NCBI GenBank assembly: GCA_964472875.1
Contig: CAYYMD010000001.1
Location: 11,505 to 75,504, forward strand
DNA length: 64,000 nt
DNA from: an uncultured Planctomycetaceae bacterium
GTDB lineage: Bacteria > Planctomycetota > Phycisphaerae > SM23-33
Direction: 5' to 3'
Shown here: in pieces, positions 38,961 to 51,232 of the stretch
How positions within the stretch are numbered: position 1 is the stretch's first letter
Layout: the number at the start of each line of letters is the position of its first letter
Position numbers and translations under genes: made by a program
Notes under the pieces: model-generated
Seen by the model: only the letters and a program-made list of their open reading frames with translations
What the model was told of the DNA's origin: nothing
Databases searched by the model: none

Positions 38961-41900
38961 CTATTTATTCCCAGCCAGAGCCTGCTGAACTGCACGTGTA
39001 ATCTCTGCTTCGGTAAGTTCTTCTTTCTCGGTCGGGGCTTCGGGAAGTTCCACTTTCCGCTTGGTCCGCATTTCCTGATAAGGACGGAAACTGGTTCCGG
39101 CAGGTATCAGGTGGCCAAGTATAACGTTTTCCTTAAGGCCACGCAGTCTATCTACTTTACCAGCTAATGACGCTTCCGTAAAGACTTTTGTGCTTTCCTG
39201 GAAGCTAGCCGCTGACAGGAAGCTTTCTGACTGCAATGACGCCTTGGTGATGCCGAGCAGCAGCGTCTTGGCTGTTGCGGGTTTCGGCCGCCGTGTTTTC
39301 GGTGGCTGGCCATCTTTTTCTTCGACATCGGCCACTGCATCCTCGATCTTTTCGCGGGGGACAACCTGGCCTTCGCTGAAGCTGGTATCCCCCGGATCGA
39401 CTACTTTCAGGCAGCCGGCCAACCGGGAATTCTCCTGCCTGAACTTGAACTTGTCGATTACCTCACCGGGCAGCAGTTCGCTGTCGCCGACGGTCTGGAC
39501 ATTCACCTTACGCAGCATCTGGGAGAGTATCACCTCGACGTGCTTGTCGTTGATGGTGACACCCTGGCCGCGATAAACGGTCTGAACCTCGCCCAGCAGG
39601 TATTCCTGGAGTGCCTCTTCACCCCGAATGCCCAGTATGTCCTGCAGGATAAGCGGGCCCTCCGTCAGTGGTTGTCCGGCCTCGACGTTATCACCGGTGT
39701 GAACGAGCAGGTGTCTGTCGTGTGGCACATGGTGCTCGCGCTCCATGCCCGATTCACTTCTGACGATGATAGTCATCTTTCCACGGCGCTTGTCTGTCCG
39801 CAGTTCCACCTGGCCGGAAATCTCAGCCATGGCGGCCGGCTCTTTGGGTTTGCGGGCCTCGAATATCTCCGTGACCCTGGGCAGACCGCCGGTGATGTCC
39901 TGCGTACCACGGATTTCCCTGGGCTGACGCGCCAGTAACTCTCCCGGCTCGACCGCCTGGCCTTCGTTCACCTCGATGCGGGCCTTGGCCGGAAGGTAGT
40001 GGAAGTCCAGGATTTTGCCGTTTTTATCTTCTATTACTATGCGCGGATGCTTTTCGCCCTTGTGCTCGACGACCACGTAACTGGCATCCTGTCGCTCGGA
40101 TTCCAACCTGACGGTCTCGCCTTCTTCGATATCCTGGAAGCGGACATTGCCGGCAACCTCGGCCAGTATCGGCACCCTGTGGGGGTCCCATCTAACTGTG
40201 CATTGCCCCGGTTTGACTGTATCGCCTTCCCGGACAAGGACCAGTGCCCCGTAAGGCACCCTGTGACGCTCGAGTTCGCGCTCCTTCTCGTCCTGAATGA
40301 TAATTTCGCCATTACGCTTAAGAGCGATAAGAACGGTTTCCGAGGTCGGCTTGGCCTTACGACCGCGGGCGCTGCGGTCGGCGGCCAGCAGGTACTCGTG
40401 CCACTTTTTATCCGACTTGGGCGTCTCCACGGCTATGAGGTTATGATACTTGGCCTTGCCTTCCACCGAAGCCCGCATGTCGGACTGCACGATAGCCCTG
40501 GTGGCCACGCCGCCGGTGTGGAAAGTACGCATCGTCAGCTGTGTGCCGGGCTCGCCGATAGACTGGGCGGCGACTATTCCTACGGCCTGCCCTTCCTCTA
40601 CGAGTTTGCCTGTGGAAAGGTCGGTGCCATAGCACTTTGCACAAACACCCAACGGAGAGTCGCACGTCAGCGGACTGCGCACGTGGATGGTCTCAAGGCC
40701 CATTTCCTCAATCTTATCCGCCGCCTCTGCGGTGATTATTTCGTTTTCTTTTACGACGGTTTCATCTGTCACCGGATTGACTATATTTTCGCGCGCGATG
40801 CGCCCGACGACCATTTCCTTCAACGGCACTTCCACTTCTTCGCCCTTGTAGATGGCTGATTTCGGCAGACCCTGAAGTGTTCCGCAGTCAAGTTCGGTGA
40901 CAATTACATTCTGGGCCACATCCGCCAGTTTACGCGTGAGATAACCGGAGTCGGCCGTCTTCAATGCAGTGTCGGCCAGACCCTTGCGGGCTCCGTGCGT
41001 TGAGGAGAAATATTCCAGCACCGTCAGGCCCTCGCGGAAATTGGCGCGAATGGGCGTTTCGATAATCTCACCGGACGGCTTACTCATAAGCCCTCGCATG
41101 CCCGCCAACTGGCGTATCTGGTCCACGTTTCCGCGGGCGCCCGAATCGCTCATCAACCACACCGGGTTAAGGTAATTGGGAATATCCTCTCTGCGGTCGC
41201 TGGATAGACTCGCCAGCAGCGCCTTGGTAACCTGCTCGCGGGCGTGAATCCACACGTCAACCAGCTGGTTATAACGTTCACCCTCGGTGATGGCGCCTGC
41301 CTGATAACTCTTTTCAACGCGGTCCACGAACGCCTGGGCCTGGGAAATAATCTTTTCCTTGGCTTCTGGAATCCGCAGGTCCGTAACTCCGAAGGAAATA
41401 CCCGCCAGAGTCGAATACCTGAATCCCAAATCCTTCATATCGTCCAGAAGATTCAGCGTTTCCCGCTTGCCAAGCCGTTCATTACAGTCGCTGATGACTC
41501 GCCCTGCGCCCTTCTGGCTCAGCGGATAGTTATAGAACGGCATACCTTCGGGAAGCACATCGTTAAATACGCATCGCCCCGGCGTGGTTACCACCCTGCC
41601 CTGCTCAGCTATGCTGGAACTGTTTTCTTCGATTACCTCGCGTCCTTTTTCGATGCGAACGAGAATTTTTGCATGCGTGCCTATTCGCCCCAGTTCGTGG
41701 GCGGTTATCGCCTCGTGCGTGCTCGAAAATGCGGGATACTCGGCCCCGTCGTACTGCACCTTGCGCACCTCTGGCAGGGTGAATTCCGAACCGTGTTCGC
41801 TGGTCAGATAGTACGTGCCAAGCACAATATCCTGCATGGGCGACATAATCGGCTTGCCGTTTGAAGGCGAAAAGACATTGTTTGTGGCAAGCATAAGCGT

Positions 41901-43328
41901 GTGCGTCTCGGCCTGTGCCTCCACCGACAGCGGCAGATGCACCGCCATCTGGTCACCATCGAAGTCGGCGTTGAAGCCGCGGCAGACCATGGGGTGAATC
42001 TTGATGGCGTTGCCCTCGACCAGCACCGGCTCGAAGGCCTGAATGCCCATGCGGTGAAGCGTGGGGGCACGGTTCAGCATAACCGGATGCTGGTATATGA
42101 CTTCTTCCAGCACGTCCCAGATTTCATCTTCCCTTCGCTCCAGCATCCGCTTTGCGGATTTGATGGTGTCGGCCAAACCACGATCTTTGAGCCGACGTAT
42201 GATAAACGGCTGGAAGAGCTCCAGTGCGATTTTCTTGGGCAGGCCGCACTGGTGAAGTTTGAGTTCCGGGCCAATAACAATAACGCTTCGCCCGGAGTAG
42301 TCCACTCTTTTGCCCAGTAGATTCTCGCGGAAGCGCCCCTGCTTGCCCTTTATCATGTCCGTCAATGATTTCAGCGGACGGTTTGCTGTGCCCTGAACCG
42401 GACGACGGCAACGATTGTTGTCGAAAAGGGCATCGACCGCCTGTTGTAGCATACGCTTTTCATTGCGGATGATGACCTCAGGAGCGTTTAAGTCCAGAAG
42501 TTTCTTGAGACGGTTGTTTCGGTTTATGATTCGTCTGTAAAGGTCGTTAAGGTCGGATGTTGCGAAATTGCCGCTCTCCAGCAGCACAAGCGGACGAAGG
42601 TCAGGCGGAATCACCGGAACGACCTCCATGACCATCCACTCGGGCTTGTTGTCCGATGTGCGGACGCTCTCGACCAGACGGAGGCGCTTTGAAAGATCCT
42701 TGGTCTTCTGCTTGGAGGAGGTCTTTTTAAGTTTCATACGGATGTCGGTAACCAGTTCATCCAGGTTGAGATTTCCAAGCAGTGTGCGAATCGCTTCGGC
42801 CCCGATATCGGCCTGGAAGTCCATGCCGTACTTTTCACGCGCGCCGCGGAATTCATCCTCGGTAAGGACCTGTTTGTATTTCAGCGGAGTTTCACCCTGG
42901 TCCGTTACAACATAACTCTGGAAAAGGATGACCTTCTCCAGGTCGGCGGTCTTCATGGCCAGCAACGTGCCCAGGCGCGACGGCAGGGACTTAAAGAACC
43001 ATATGTGCACAATCGGCGCGGCCAGGTTAATGTGGCCCATCCGCTTGCGCCGCACGCGTGAGTGTGTAACTTTCACGCCGCAGCGGTCGCAGATAATACC
43101 CTTGTGCTTGGTGCCTTTGTACTTGCCGCACGCGCATTCCCAGTCGCGTTCGGGCCCGAAGATCCGCTCGCAGAAGAGACCGTCCTTCTCCGGCCGGTAT
43201 GTTCGATAGTTGATTGTCTCGGGTTTTTTTACCTCTCCGAACGACCAGCTGCGTATGTCATTGGGCGAGGCAAGGTTGATTTTTACCGACCCGTAGTCGT
43301 TTATTCTGTCGTATACGTTTTCAGCCAT
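38961..43328 (-). CDS. rpoC: DNA-directed RNA polymerase subunit beta'
   Basis: 1455 aa; Zn-finger CACGKY..CDRCGV; catalytic [12 protein letters not shown]; trigger-loop and clamp regions. Confidence 0.97.
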   Translation of the reverse strand: MAENVYDRINDYGSVKINLASPNDIRSWSFGEVKKPETINYRTYRPEKDGLFCERIFGPERDWECACGKYKGTKHKGIICDRCGVKVTHSRVRRKRMGHINLAAPIVHIWFFKSLPSRLGTLLAMKTADLEKVILFQSYVVTDQGETPLKYKQVLTEDEFRGAREKYGMDFQADIGAEAIRTLLGNLNLDELVTDIRMKLKKTSSKQKTKDLSKRLRLVESVRTSDNKPEWMVMEVVPVIPPDLRPLVLLESGNFATSDLNDLYRRIINRNNRLKKLLDLNAPEVIIRNEKRMLQQAVDALFDNNRCRRPVQGTANRPLKSLTDMIKGKQGRFRENLLGKRVDYSGRSVIVIGPELKLHQCGLPKKIALELFQPFIIRRLKDRGLADTIKSAKRMLERREDEIWDVLEEVIYQHPVMLNRAPTLHRMGIQAFEPVLVEGNAIKIHPMVCRGFNADFDGDQMAVHLPLSVEAQAETHTLMLATNNVFSPSNGKPIMSPMQDIVLGTYYLTSEHGSEFTLPEVRKVQYDGAEYPAFSSTHEAITAHELGRIGTHAKILVRIEKGREVIEENSSSIAEQGRVVTTPGRCVFNDVLPEGMPFYNYPLSQKGAGRVISDCNERLGKRETLNLLDDMKDLGFRYSTLAGISFGVTDLRIPEAKEKIISQAQAFVDRVEKSYQAGAITEGERYNQLVDVWIHAREQVTKALLASLSSDRREDIPNYLNPVWLMSDSGARGNVDQIRQLAGMRGLMSKPSGEIIETPIRANFREGLTVLEYFSSTHGARKGLADTALKTADSGYLTRKLADVAQNVIVTELDCGTLQGLPKSAIYKGEEVEVPLKEMVVGRIARENIVNPVTDETVVKENEIITAEAADKIEEMGLETIHVRSPLTCDSPLGVCAKCYGTDLSTGKLVEEGQAVGIVAAQSIGEPGTQLTMRTFHTGGVATRAIVQSDMRASVEGKAKYHNLIAVETPKSDKKWHEYLLAADRSARGRKAKPTSETVLIALKRNGEIIIQDEKERELERHRVPYGALVLVREGDTVKPGQCTVRWDPHRVPILAEVAGNVRFQDIEEGETVRLESERQDASYVVVEHKGEKHPRIVIEDKNGKILDFHYLPAKARIEVNEGQAVEPGELLARQPREIRGTQDITGGLPRVTEIFEARKPKEPAAMAEISGQVELRTDKRRGKMTIIVRSESGMEREHHVPHDRHLLVHTGDNVEAGQPLTEGPLILQDILGIRGEEALQEYLLGEVQTVYRGQGVTINDKHVEVILSQMLRKVNVQTVGDSELLPGEVIDKFKFRQENSRLAGCLKVVDPGDTSFSEGQVVPREKIEDAVADVEEKDGQPPKTRRPKPATAKTLLLGITKASLQSESFLSAASFQESTKVFTEASLAGKVDRLRGLKENVILGHLIPAGTSFRPYQEMRTKRKVELPEAPTEKEELTEAEITRAVQQALAGNK

Positions 43329-43381
43329 ATCTTTTAAGCTCCGCGTTTATGGTTAATTAACCTTACGCGCCTAATTAAACT

Positions 43382-46300
43382 CTATAGAAGTTTCTTTTTT
43401 TCCATCTGGATGTTCAGGCCAAGGCCTCGCAGTTCGTTGCACAGCACGTCGAAACTGATAGGCGTACCGGCCTCGAGTGTGTTGTTGCCTTTGACCATCG
43501 ACTCGTAAATCTTGGTTCGGCCTTCCACATCGTCGCTCTTTACGGTAAGCATTTCCTGAAGGGTGTAACTGGCGCCGTAAGCTTCGAGCGCCCAAACCTC
43601 CATTTCGCCGAACCGCTGTCCGCCTGTCCGGGCTTTTCCGCCCAGCGGCTGCTGCGTAATCAGCGAGTAAGGACCGGTCGAGCGGGCGTGAATCTTCTCA
43701 TCCACCAGGTGGTGGAGTTTATTTATGTAGATATAGCCCACGGTAACCTTCTGCTCGAACGGCTCGCCTGTGCGGCCGTCGTACAGGTTTATTTTGCCAT
43801 CTTCCGGCATCTCCACCAGCAGTTCCCGCGTTTGCCCGGCTTCCTGAAGGGATGCGGTATCCGCCTGCCGGCTGCGGACGTGCTCGTTGGCCTCGCGGAT
43901 GCATTCGAAGATTTCCTTTTCCTTCGCGCCGTCGAAGACTGGCGTGACCGCTTGGAAGCCCAGCACGGCGGCGGCCCAACCCAGATGCGTTTCCAGAATC
44001 TGTCCGACGTTCATTCGGCTGGGCACACCAAGAGGATTAAGCACAATGTCGATGGGTGTGCCGTCTTCCAAAAACGGCATGTCTTCTTCAGGTAGTATGC
44101 GGGCGATAACACCCTTGTTTCCGTGGCGGCCGGCCATCTTGTCGCCCACGCCAAGTTTCCGCTTGGTGGCCACGGTCACCTTGACTTTCTCGAGCACGCC
44201 GGAGGGCAATTCGTCTCCTCGCTTCATCTGCTCGAGTTTGCGCTTCATTTCCTTTTCAATTTCTTCAATTTTCGGCCAGTATCGTTCATAAATGGCCTCG
44301 GCCTGTTTTTTGGCCTCGGCTTTTTTGGCCTTTATCCACTTAAGCGTGAAGTTTTCTATCTGCTCGAGGATAATCTCATTGTCGTCGCTGGCGCCCACCT
44401 TTTGCCGCGTGGTGGGGTCGATCATGTCGGAGCCGATGACATCGTTGATTTCCTGCGCCATTTTTCTGAACGTATCGGCCATCCTGCCGCGCATGTGCTT
44501 GCGGTACTCACGCACCTGCTTGTTCAGTTCTTTCTTGCGCTGGTCCGACATGTGCGCCTTGCGGGCGAAATGTTTGGTATCTACCACTACGCCCTCTTCG
44601 CCGGCGGGCAGTTCGAGAGAATCGTTTTTGACGTCCTCCCCCGCCTGTCCGAATATGGCGTGCAGAAGTTTTTCCTCGGGGGTCAGTTCGGTCTTGGACT
44701 TGGGAGTAACTTTACCCACCAGTATATCGCCAGGGCCGACCTCCGTGCCCACGCAAACTATACCGTGTTCGTCCAGACTTGACAGGGCCTTCTCCGAAAC
44801 ATTCGGGATATCGCGACTGAACTCCTCGCGGCCGAGTTTCGTCTCACGCACCTCGACCTCGTATTCCTCCATGTGGATGGAGGTAAAGGAGTCGTCCTTT
44901 ACCAGCCGCTCTGAAACGAGTATGGCGTCCTCGAAGTTGAATCCGTCAAAAGGCATGAATGCGGCAAGCACGTTACGCCCAAGCGCCAGTTCTCCGTTTT
45001 TTGTGGCCGAGCCGTCGGCAATTATCTGACCCTTCTTGACGCGCTGTCCCTCTGTAACGATGGGCTTTTGGTTCAGGCATGCCCGTTCGTTAAGTTTGTG
45101 GAACTTGCGAAGATGGTATTCGTCGGTATCGTTGATGACTATTTTTTGCGCATCGGCATAGGTAACCGTGCCTGCGTTTTCGGCCCTGATTACCATGCCG
45201 GAGTTTTCGGCCACTGGTTTTTCCATGCCGGTGGCTACCACCGGCGGTTCGGTCTTGACAAGCGGAACCGCCTGACGCTGCATGTTTGCGCCCATCAGTG
45301 CGCGGTTGGCATCGTCGTGCTCAAGGAACGGGATCATCGCCGCCGACACACCCACCGTCTGCTTGGGCGATATGTCAACGTAATCCACATCCTTGGAATC
45401 GACGAGTTTCACCTCGCCCTGCGCCCTTGCCAGAACCTGGCCGTCGGGCAGTTTTTCCGGGCGGGGCGAGCCGTTTGTCTGCAGCACATCCGGCGGGGCC
45501 TGTATGGCCTCCATCTCCTCGTCGGCGCGAATCGACACCACCTCGCCTGTAGTCTTGCCCTTGTCCACCTTGCGGTACGGTGTGGTCAGGAAGCCGTACT
45601 CATCCACGCCTGCATAAATGCCCAGCGATGTAATCAGGCCGATGTTATTGCCTTCCGGCGTTTCAATGGGGCATATTCGGCCGTAGTGGCTTATATGGAC
45701 GTCGCGAACCTCGAAACCCGCGCGCTTTCTGTTCAGCCCACCCGGGCCTAACGCCGAAAGGCGCCTTTCGTGGGTCAGCTGACTAAGCGGGTTCTGCTGG
45801 TCGACAACCTGGCTCAGTTCGCCGCGGCCGAAGAAATAGTCTATACTCGAGGAGACCGCCTTGGAGTTTATCAGTTCGGCCAGTTTCCTCAGTTCCTTGG
45901 CATCCTTGAGCGACATACGCTCCTGAACGGTGCGGCGAAGTTTCAGCAGGCCCTTGCGGATTTCATCGGCGGCGAGTTCGTCTATGGTTCTCAACCGCCT
46001 GTTGCCCAGGTGGTCGATGTCGTCAACATAACCCTCACCGGAACGAAGTCTCACGATGTACTTCAGCGTGTTGAGGAAGTCCTCCACGGTAAGGGTCATC
46101 TCTTTTTCGGAGGTATCCTGTTTGAACTTGCGGTTTATGCGAAACCGTCCGACCCTGCCGAGACGATAGCGATTCTCGTCGTAAAACTTCTCCTGGAACA
46201 GCGTCTTGGCCTTTTCCAGCTGAGGCGGGTTGCCCGGCCGCAGACGCATGTAAAGCCGCAGCAGTGCGTTTTCATGGCTGTCGGCGTTGTCCTCGGCCAG

Positions 46301-47155
46301 TGTATGAAGTATCAGTGGATCATCTACCTTTTCGATCACCTCGATTTTTTTCTTATCGCCTGTCGCTATAGTGGTTCTGGCCTCGCCGACTTGGCCGCCG
46401 GGCGGGACAATTTCCTCGCCCGTGTCCGGGTCAACATAGCCCTCGACCAGGTGAGTTTCCGGCTGAAGCTTGTCGACCGGTATCTCTTTAGTGTCGTAGA
46501 ATGCGCGGATTATGGCCTCGGTGGTGCTGAACTTTTCGTCCATCGCCCGCAGATAGGTGGTTACCGGTATTTTACCGGACTGGTCTATCTTCATGGTGAG
46601 GACGTCTTTTTTACTCACCGCAAGCTCAATCCAGCTGCCGCGTTCGGGGATTATCCTGGCCCCGTGCAGCGGACGGTCGGACTCGGGCATGTCCACATTG
46701 AAGTCCACGCCGGGCGAGCGGTGCAGCTGCGATACTATCACCCGCTCGGCGCCGTTTATTATGAACTCTCCGCCGCCCATCATTATGGGCATTTCACCGA
46801 TGTATACTCCGTCCTCGACGACTTCTTCTTCGCCTTTTCTGTGCAGGCGACAGTGCACGCGCAGCGGCCGACCGTATGTCAGACGCAAATCGCGACATTC
46901 CTGATCGGTATATCGTGGTTCGTCCAGTTCGTAGTAGAGGTACTCCAGCTTGTTCTGCCCGTCATAGCTTTCTATAGGAAAGACTTCGCGCAGCAGCGCC
47001 TCCAGGCCGAGGTTCTTCCGCTTTGTCGGCTCGACGTCGAGCTGGAGAAAGCGGTTATAATTGGCCACCTGAATGTTGCTCAGGTTCGGTATAGGTGCAC
47101 CATCTCCGACCTTGGAAAAGTCCCGGACTTTTTCCATCTTCAACATAGTCTTCAT
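43382..47155 (-). CDS. rpoB: DNA-directed RNA polymerase subunit beta
   Basis: 1257 aa; rifampicin-cluster region [33 protein letters not shown]; C-terminal catalytic motifs. Confidence 0.97.
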   Translation of the reverse strand: MKTMLKMEKVRDFSKVGDGAPIPNLSNIQVANYNRFLQLDVEPTKRKNLGLEALLREVFPIESYDGQNKLEYLYYELDEPRYTDQECRDLRLTYGRPLRVHCRLHRKGEEEVVEDGVYIGEMPIMMGGGEFIINGAERVIVSQLHRSPGVDFNVDMPESDRPLHGARIIPERGSWIELAVSKKDVLTMKIDQSGKIPVTTYLRAMDEKFSTTEAIIRAFYDTKEIPVDKLQPETHLVEGYVDPDTGEEIVPPGGQVGEARTTIATGDKKKIEVIEKVDDPLILHTLAEDNADSHENALLRLYMRLRPGNPPQLEKAKTLFQEKFYDENRYRLGRVGRFRINRKFKQDTSEKEMTLTVEDFLNTLKYIVRLRSGEGYVDDIDHLGNRRLRTIDELAADEIRKGLLKLRRTVQERMSLKDAKELRKLAELINSKAVSSSIDYFFGRGELSQVVDQQNPLSQLTHERRLSALGPGGLNRKRAGFEVRDVHISHYGRICPIETPEGNNIGLITSLGIYAGVDEYGFLTTPYRKVDKGKTTGEVVSIRADEEMEAIQAPPDVLQTNGSPRPEKLPDGQVLARAQGEVKLVDSKDVDYVDISPKQTVGVSAAMIPFLEHDDANRALMGANMQRQAVPLVKTEPPVVATGMEKPVAENSGMVIRAENAGTVTYADAQKIVINDTDEYHLRKFHKLNERACLNQKPIVTEGQRVKKGQIIADGSATKNGELALGRNVLAAFMPFDGFNFEDAILVSERLVKDDSFTSIHMEEYEVEVRETKLGREEFSRDIPNVSEKALSSLDEHGIVCVGTEVGPGDILVGKVTPKSKTELTPEEKLLHAIFGQAGEDVKNDSLELPAGEEGVVVDTKHFARKAHMSDQRKKELNKQVREYRKHMRGRMADTFRKMAQEINDVIGSDMIDPTTRQKVGASDDNEIILEQIENFTLKWIKAKKAEAKKQAEAIYERYWPKIEEIEKEMKRKLEQMKRGDELPSGVLEKVKVTVATKRKLGVGDKMAGRHGNKGVIARILPEEDMPFLEDGTPIDIVLNPLGVPSRMNVGQILETHLGWAAAVLGFQAVTPVFDGAKEKEIFECIREANEHVRSRQADTASLQEAGQTRELLVEMPEDGKINLYDGRTGEPFEQKVTVGYIYINKLHHLVDEKIHARSTGPYSLITQQPLGGKARTGGQRFGEMEVWALEAYGASYTLQEMLTVKSDDVEGRTKIYESMVKGNNTLEAGTPISFDVLCNELRGLGLNIQMEKKKLL

Positions 47156-47227
47156 TCCTTATATAGGCGCCTTCAAAGACGTATCGCGCCCACCCGATGC
47201 GCCGATCTCACCTTTGCTTCAGCCAGT

Positions 47228-47764
47228 CTACTTGACTTCGACTGTCGCGCCGGCTTCTTCAAGCGACTTTTTCGCCTCGTCGGCTTCTTCTTTGGCTATG
47301 CCTTCCCTGACAGGTTTGGGCACGCCTTCGACGAGTTCCTTGGCCTCTTTCAGGCCGAGGTTTGTCAGCGCCCGGACGGCTTTAATTACCTGTATCTTCT
47401 TGTCGCCAACGTCTTTAAGAACGACGTCAAATTCCGTTTGCTCTTCTTCTTCGCCGGCTTCTGCGCCTGCGGCCGCGCCGCCTGCGCCGGCCATCATTAC
47501 TGCTCCGCCTGCGGCCGGTTCTATGCCGTGTTCTTCCTTGAGATAATCCGCAAGGTCAACCGCCTGCTTTAGTGTAAGATCCGCTATCTTGTCGCCGAGG
47601 GTCTTTATCTCCTTGGCGAATTCTTTGGCGGGACCCGCCGCAGCTTCTTCTTTGGCTTCGGTGGCGGCTTCTTCGGCCTTTTCTTCTTTAGTTTCTTCCT
47701 CTTTGGCCTCTTCCTTTTTGGCCTGCTCTTCCTGCTTTTCTTCTTTTGCTTCTTGTTTAGCCAT
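47228..47764 (-). CDS. rplL: 50S ribosomal protein L7/L12 with ~45-aa K/E-rich N-terminal extension
   Basis: C-terminal domain [36 protein letters not shown]; N-terminal dimerisation region [23 protein letters not shown] preceded by [19 protein letters not shown]...; GGAG SD 10 nt upstream of ATG 47764 and no alternative internal start. Confidence 0.9.
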   Translation of the reverse strand: MAKQEAKEEKQEEQAKKEEAKEEETKEEKAEEAATEAKEEAAAGPAKEFAKEIKTLGDKIADLTLKQAVDLADYLKEEHGIEPAAGGAVMMAGAGGAAAGAEAGEEEEQTEFDVVLKDVGDKKIQVIKAVRALTNLGLKEAKELVEGVPKPVREGIAKEEADEAKKSLEEAGATVEVK

Positions 47765-47902
47765 TATTTAAACTCCGTAATCTAAACGACCACGCCGGCC
47801 TGATAGGTGACCGCCCCTGTGGCGATCATTTAATCCCGACAAATCGGGACCAATCCGCAGCCGACACGAATTTTTCCATGTTTGTTTTTGAATACGATTA
47901 TC

Positions 47903-48448
47903 TCAGGCGGCCTGAGATTCGCCTTCCTGTTGTTCCATCGCTTTTAAAGCACCGCCCAGCGACCGGCCCGGACCGAGCATTGCGCCGCCTATGTTCGCCC
48001 CGGCCGACAGTATGCTCGTTACAACCTTGGCAACCGCCTCTTCGCGGGTGGGATAGTTGCTCAGTTCCTTGATTTGCTCGTCGCCTATGTAATCGGCGCC
48101 TTCGAGCATGGCCGCCTTAACCGTAAGCGCCGGCGACTCCTTGCCTATATCCAGCAGTTCGCGAACCATGGCCACCATGTCCATCTGCTGGGGGTCTTTG
48201 GGGTATGCAACGGCCGACGGACCTTCCAAAAGCGATGCGGCTTTATCGAGGCCTATGTCCTTGAAGGCCTGCCTGGCAAGAGAATTCTTCACCACCGTCA
48301 TGGCAATATTCTTCTCCTGCAGGCGAGCCCGCACTGCAGTAGTGGCCTTACCATCCAGTCCGGTAAAGCCCACCACCGCCAGCGACTCCAGACCTTCAAA
48401 CCGCTTCGCGAATTCTTTACGCATCAGTTTCTTTACGGGTTTGCTCAT
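47903..48448 (-). CDS. rplJ: 50S ribosomal protein L10
   Basis: Length, position and helical C-terminal L12-binding region consistent with L10. Confidence 0.9.
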   Translation of the reverse strand: MSKPVKKLMRKEFAKRFEGLESLAVVGFTGLDGKATTAVRARLQEKNIAMTVVKNSLARQAFKDIGLDKAASLLEGPSAVAYPKDPQQMDMVAMVRELLDIGKESPALTVKAAMLEGADYIGDEQIKELSNYPTREEAVAKVVTSILSAGANIGGAMLGPGRSLGGALKAMEQQEGESQAA

Positions 48449-48465
48449 TTTTTACACTTTCCGTT

Positions 48466-49149
48466 TCAGCGTATTTCCAGTTCCACCGAAGGAGACATTG
48501 TCGTGGACAGACACGCTCTTTTTATGTACATGCCCTTGGTTGTCTGCGGTCTCATTTTCTTTATCTGTGCGATAAAGTATTCGATATTCTCAACGAGCTT
48601 TTCGGTGGGAAAACTTGCTTTACCTACGACTACGTGCAAATTCCCGCCGTCGTCGTTACGGAATTCCACTTTACCGGCACTGTATTCCTTAACGCCCGTC
48701 GCCATATCTTCGGTCACTGTCCCGGCCTTGGGAGATGGCATCTTTCCCTGCGGGCCGAGAATTCTTCCCAGTTTCGATACCTTTTTCATCATAGCGGGCG
48801 TGGCCAGGGCAACGTCAAAATCAGTCCATCCGTCTTCAATCTTCTGTATAAGTTCATCTCCACCGGCTTCTGCGGCACCGGCACTTTTTGCCTGCTCGAC
48901 ATCCTGACCTTCGCAGAAGGCGATTACTGTGCGGCTTTTGCCAATTCCGTTCGGCAACGATATCGCACCTCGAAGCTGCTGATCACTTTGCTTGGGGTCA
49001 ATGCCCATTTGCATGGACAGTTCAACGCTTGCATCGAACTTGGCCGGCGGGAAGCTTTTTATCACTTCTACCGCCTCTTTGACGCCCTGCTTTTCTTCAG
49101 GCACCTTCTTTTGGCACTCTGCATATCTTTTACTTCGTTTGCTCGGCAT
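48466..49149 (-). CDS. rplA: 50S ribosomal protein L1
   Basis: KRSKRYAECQKKV...KFDASVELSMQMGIDPKQSDQQLRG. Confidence 0.95.
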   Translation of the reverse strand: MPSKRSKRYAECQKKVPEEKQGVKEAVEVIKSFPPAKFDASVELSMQMGIDPKQSDQQLRGAISLPNGIGKSRTVIAFCEGQDVEQAKSAGAAEAGGDELIQKIEDGWTDFDVALATPAMMKKVSKLGRILGPQGKMPSPKAGTVTEDMATGVKEYSAGKVEFRNDDGGNLHVVVGKASFPTEKLVENIEYFIAQIKKMRPQTTKGMYIKRACLSTTMSPSVELEIR

Positions 49150-49213
49150 ATCTGTTTCCTTTTAGGATTGCCTTCCACTGTTTTCGCCCGTGGTCAGGCC
49201 TTTGTTTTATCCG

Positions 49214-49636
49214 TTATTCCACCGTTATGCCCATACTACGTGCGGTACCTTCGATAATTTTGCAGGCCGCATCCGTATCCTGGGCATTTAGGTCTTTCAT
49301 TTTACGCTCCGCTATCTGGCGAACCTGGTCGGCTGTAACCGTAGCCACCTTTTCCTTGTTCGGCACGCCGGAGCCCTTGGCTATCTGCGCCGCCTCTTTC
49401 AGCAGCGCTGCGGCAGGGGGACTTTTGACGTGAAAAGTGAAGGTCCTGTCGCCGTATACGGTAATTTCAACTGTTACCGGCATCCCGCCAAGGTCCTTGG
49501 TCTGCTCGTTAAACTGGGACACGAACTGACCTATATTCACGTTATGCTGTCCCAGCGCGGGACCTATGGGCGGGGCCGGAGTCGCCTGACCACCCGGCGC
49601 CTGAAACTTAATTGTGGCTGCTACCTGCTTTGCCAT
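49214..49636 (-). CDS. rplK: 50S ribosomal protein L11
   Basis: [36 protein letters not shown]. Confidence 0.95.
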   Translation of the reverse strand: MAKQVAATIKFQAPGGQATPAPPIGPALGQHNVNIGQFVSQFNEQTKDLGGMPVTVEITVYGDRTFTFHVKSPPAAALLKEAAQIAKGSGVPNKEKVATVTADQVRQIAERKMKDLNAQDTDAACKIIEGTARSMGITVE

Positions 49637-49709
49637 GTCATTTCTCGCTGATTATCTGAATTTAACGTCCCGCCATGCGGCGGTATACCCACTCGTCTCT
49701 GCGGATTGT

Positions 49710-50261
49710 TTAGGTCTTCTCGACCTGCCAGTACTCCAGTTCCACCGGAGTGGCCCGGCCGAATATCATCACTGTCACGCGTACAAGTCCCTTGTCTACA
49801 AGAACTTCGTCCACGGTCCCTTCGAAATTCTCGAAGGCGCCTTCTTTGATTTTCACCTGGTCGCCTTTGGCGAAATCCACGGCCACAGGAGCGCCTTCCT
49901 GGGCCTTCTCCACCTGCATGAGCATTTTCTGCACGTCTTCTTCCTTCATCGGGATCGGTTTCCCGGAAGTCCCGATAAAATCACCCACGCCGGTTGTTTC
50001 CCGGATAAGGAACCATGCCTTTTCGGGAATTCGCCCGTCTTCCTGCGGCTCCATTTCAATAAAGACATAACCGGGATATAGTTTTCGGTCCACGGTCTTG
50101 GCCGCGCCTCGGCCGCGTGGGGCCGGGCGACGCTCGGTGGGCACGAGAATCTGACCGATAGTATCCTCGAGCCCTTCTATCTTTACCTTGCGTTCCAGGG
50201 CATCGCGAACCTGGGATTCCTTGTTGGAAGCCACTCTCAATACGTACCATTGTTTAGCCAT
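49710..50261 (-). CDS. nusG: transcription termination/antitermination factor NusG
   Basis: MAKQWYVLRVASNKESQVRDALERKV NGN domain; C-terminal KOW GDQVKIKEGAFENFEGTV. Confidence 0.95.
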   Translation of the reverse strand: MAKQWYVLRVASNKESQVRDALERKVKIEGLEDTIGQILVPTERRPAPRGRGAAKTVDRKLYPGYVFIEMEPQEDGRIPEKAWFLIRETTGVGDFIGTSGKPIPMKEEDVQKMLMQVEKAQEGAPVAVDFAKGDQVKIKEGAFENFEGTVDEVLVDKGLVRVTVMIFGRATPVELEYWQVEKT

Positions 50262-50331
50262 GTAATTCTGCCTGTTTGAAACAACCGGCCAACTCTTTAA
50301 TTCGGGCGTGAAGCATAATTATTTTGTATTA

Positions 50332-50748
50332 TCATTTCGGCGGAGCCGGCATTACACCCGCCCACTGAAAGAAAATCTGAAAGATAAGATCCACCACGAA
50401 AAGTATTATGGCAAACATAAAGGTGGTAATAATAACCACTTTGGTAGATCCTATAACTTCCTTTCTGCTCGACCAGGAGACCTTTTTCATTTCGCTTTCA
50501 GTAGCGATTAGAAAGTCCGCCGTATTCTGCCGGTTTACCATCCAGAACATAAAGAGACCTGCCGCTATTACCAGCAGGGTGGGTATGCCGTAGCTCAGGT
50601 AAATACCGATACTCTCAAGGCCCCGGAGCTTATCGCCCAGAAGGCCACTGAGGCGGACGGCCCCTATCGTAATTATAACCATCACACCGATGAACGTGAT
50701 GATTCGCACGTATTTGCCCTGTCCTTGTTTGTATACGTTTAGTTTCAT
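50332..50748 (-). CDS. secE: preprotein translocase subunit SecE (three-TM form)
   Basis: 138 aa, three hydrophobic helices, conserved position between tRNA-Trp and nusG. Confidence 0.8.
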   Translation of the reverse strand: MKLNVYKQGQGKYVRIITFIGVMVIITIGAVRLSGLLGDKLRGLESIGIYLSYGIPTLLVIAAGLFMFWMVNRQNTADFLIATESEMKKVSWSSRKEVIGSTKVVIITTFMFAIILFVVDLIFQIFFQWAGVMPAPPK

Positions 50749-50875
50749 TAATCTTTAATGTTTGTTGGGCGAAACTAATCCGGACCTTTTAAGATTCTCT
50801 CTACACTCGCTTGTTCGACTTCGCCCTTTTCGCCGGCGATTTCATGCATCCTTCCCGCCCGCCACCAGGGCTCAA

Positions 50876-50948
<73 letters not shown>

Positions 50949-51031
50949 TTGCCGGGTGTTATTCTGGGGTTTTGCGTTATTAGTATTGCGTTGGAATACA
51001 GCAGACACAACCGAACAGCAAACGCCGGGGG

Positions 51032-51199
51032 TTATTTTCTTTTTATCTTGTGGCTGGTGTGCTTCCGCTCCCGCGGGCAATACTTGCTCAGTGTCAGCTT
51101 CGGCATCCCACCGAGCGTACGCACTTCGGTGCGATAGTTCAGGTCCTTGCACTCGCTGCACTGCAGCCACACATATTCTCTTGCTTTGGCTTTTGCCAT
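51032..51199 (-). CDS. rpmG: 50S ribosomal protein L33
   Basis: Hand translation gives MAKAKAREYVWLQCSECKDLNYRTEVRTLGGMPKLTLSKYCPRERKHTSHKIKRK (55 aa); below ORF-track size cut-off; classic position between tuf and tRNA-Trp/secE. Confidence 0.85.
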   Translation of the reverse strand: MAKAKAREYVWLQCSECKDLNYRTEVRTLGGMPKLTLSKYCPRERKHTSHKIKRK

Positions 51200-51232
51200 A
51201 TTCGGAAAGCGTTTTTCTGTTTTCTAAGTGTT

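Noticed and set aside
45770-47572. 600-aa plus-strand ORF antisense to rpoB. Similar long antisense ORFs sit at 39999-40859 and 41244-41864 in rpoC, 44123-45029 in rpoB, 54050-55117 in gspE, 58860-59921 in the kinase and 10353-11039 in dapB.
   Set aside because: These are shadow ORFs inside highly conserved genes. They have low-complexity R/G/A/L-rich composition and no plausible independent function.
47780-47900. Small hairpin (tcccga-caaa-tcggga) in the rplJ-rplL spacer as a possible L10 leader or attenuator
   Set aside because: The L10(L12)4 autoregulatory site normally lies upstream of rplJ, not between rplJ and rplL. A 6-bp stem alone is not significant.
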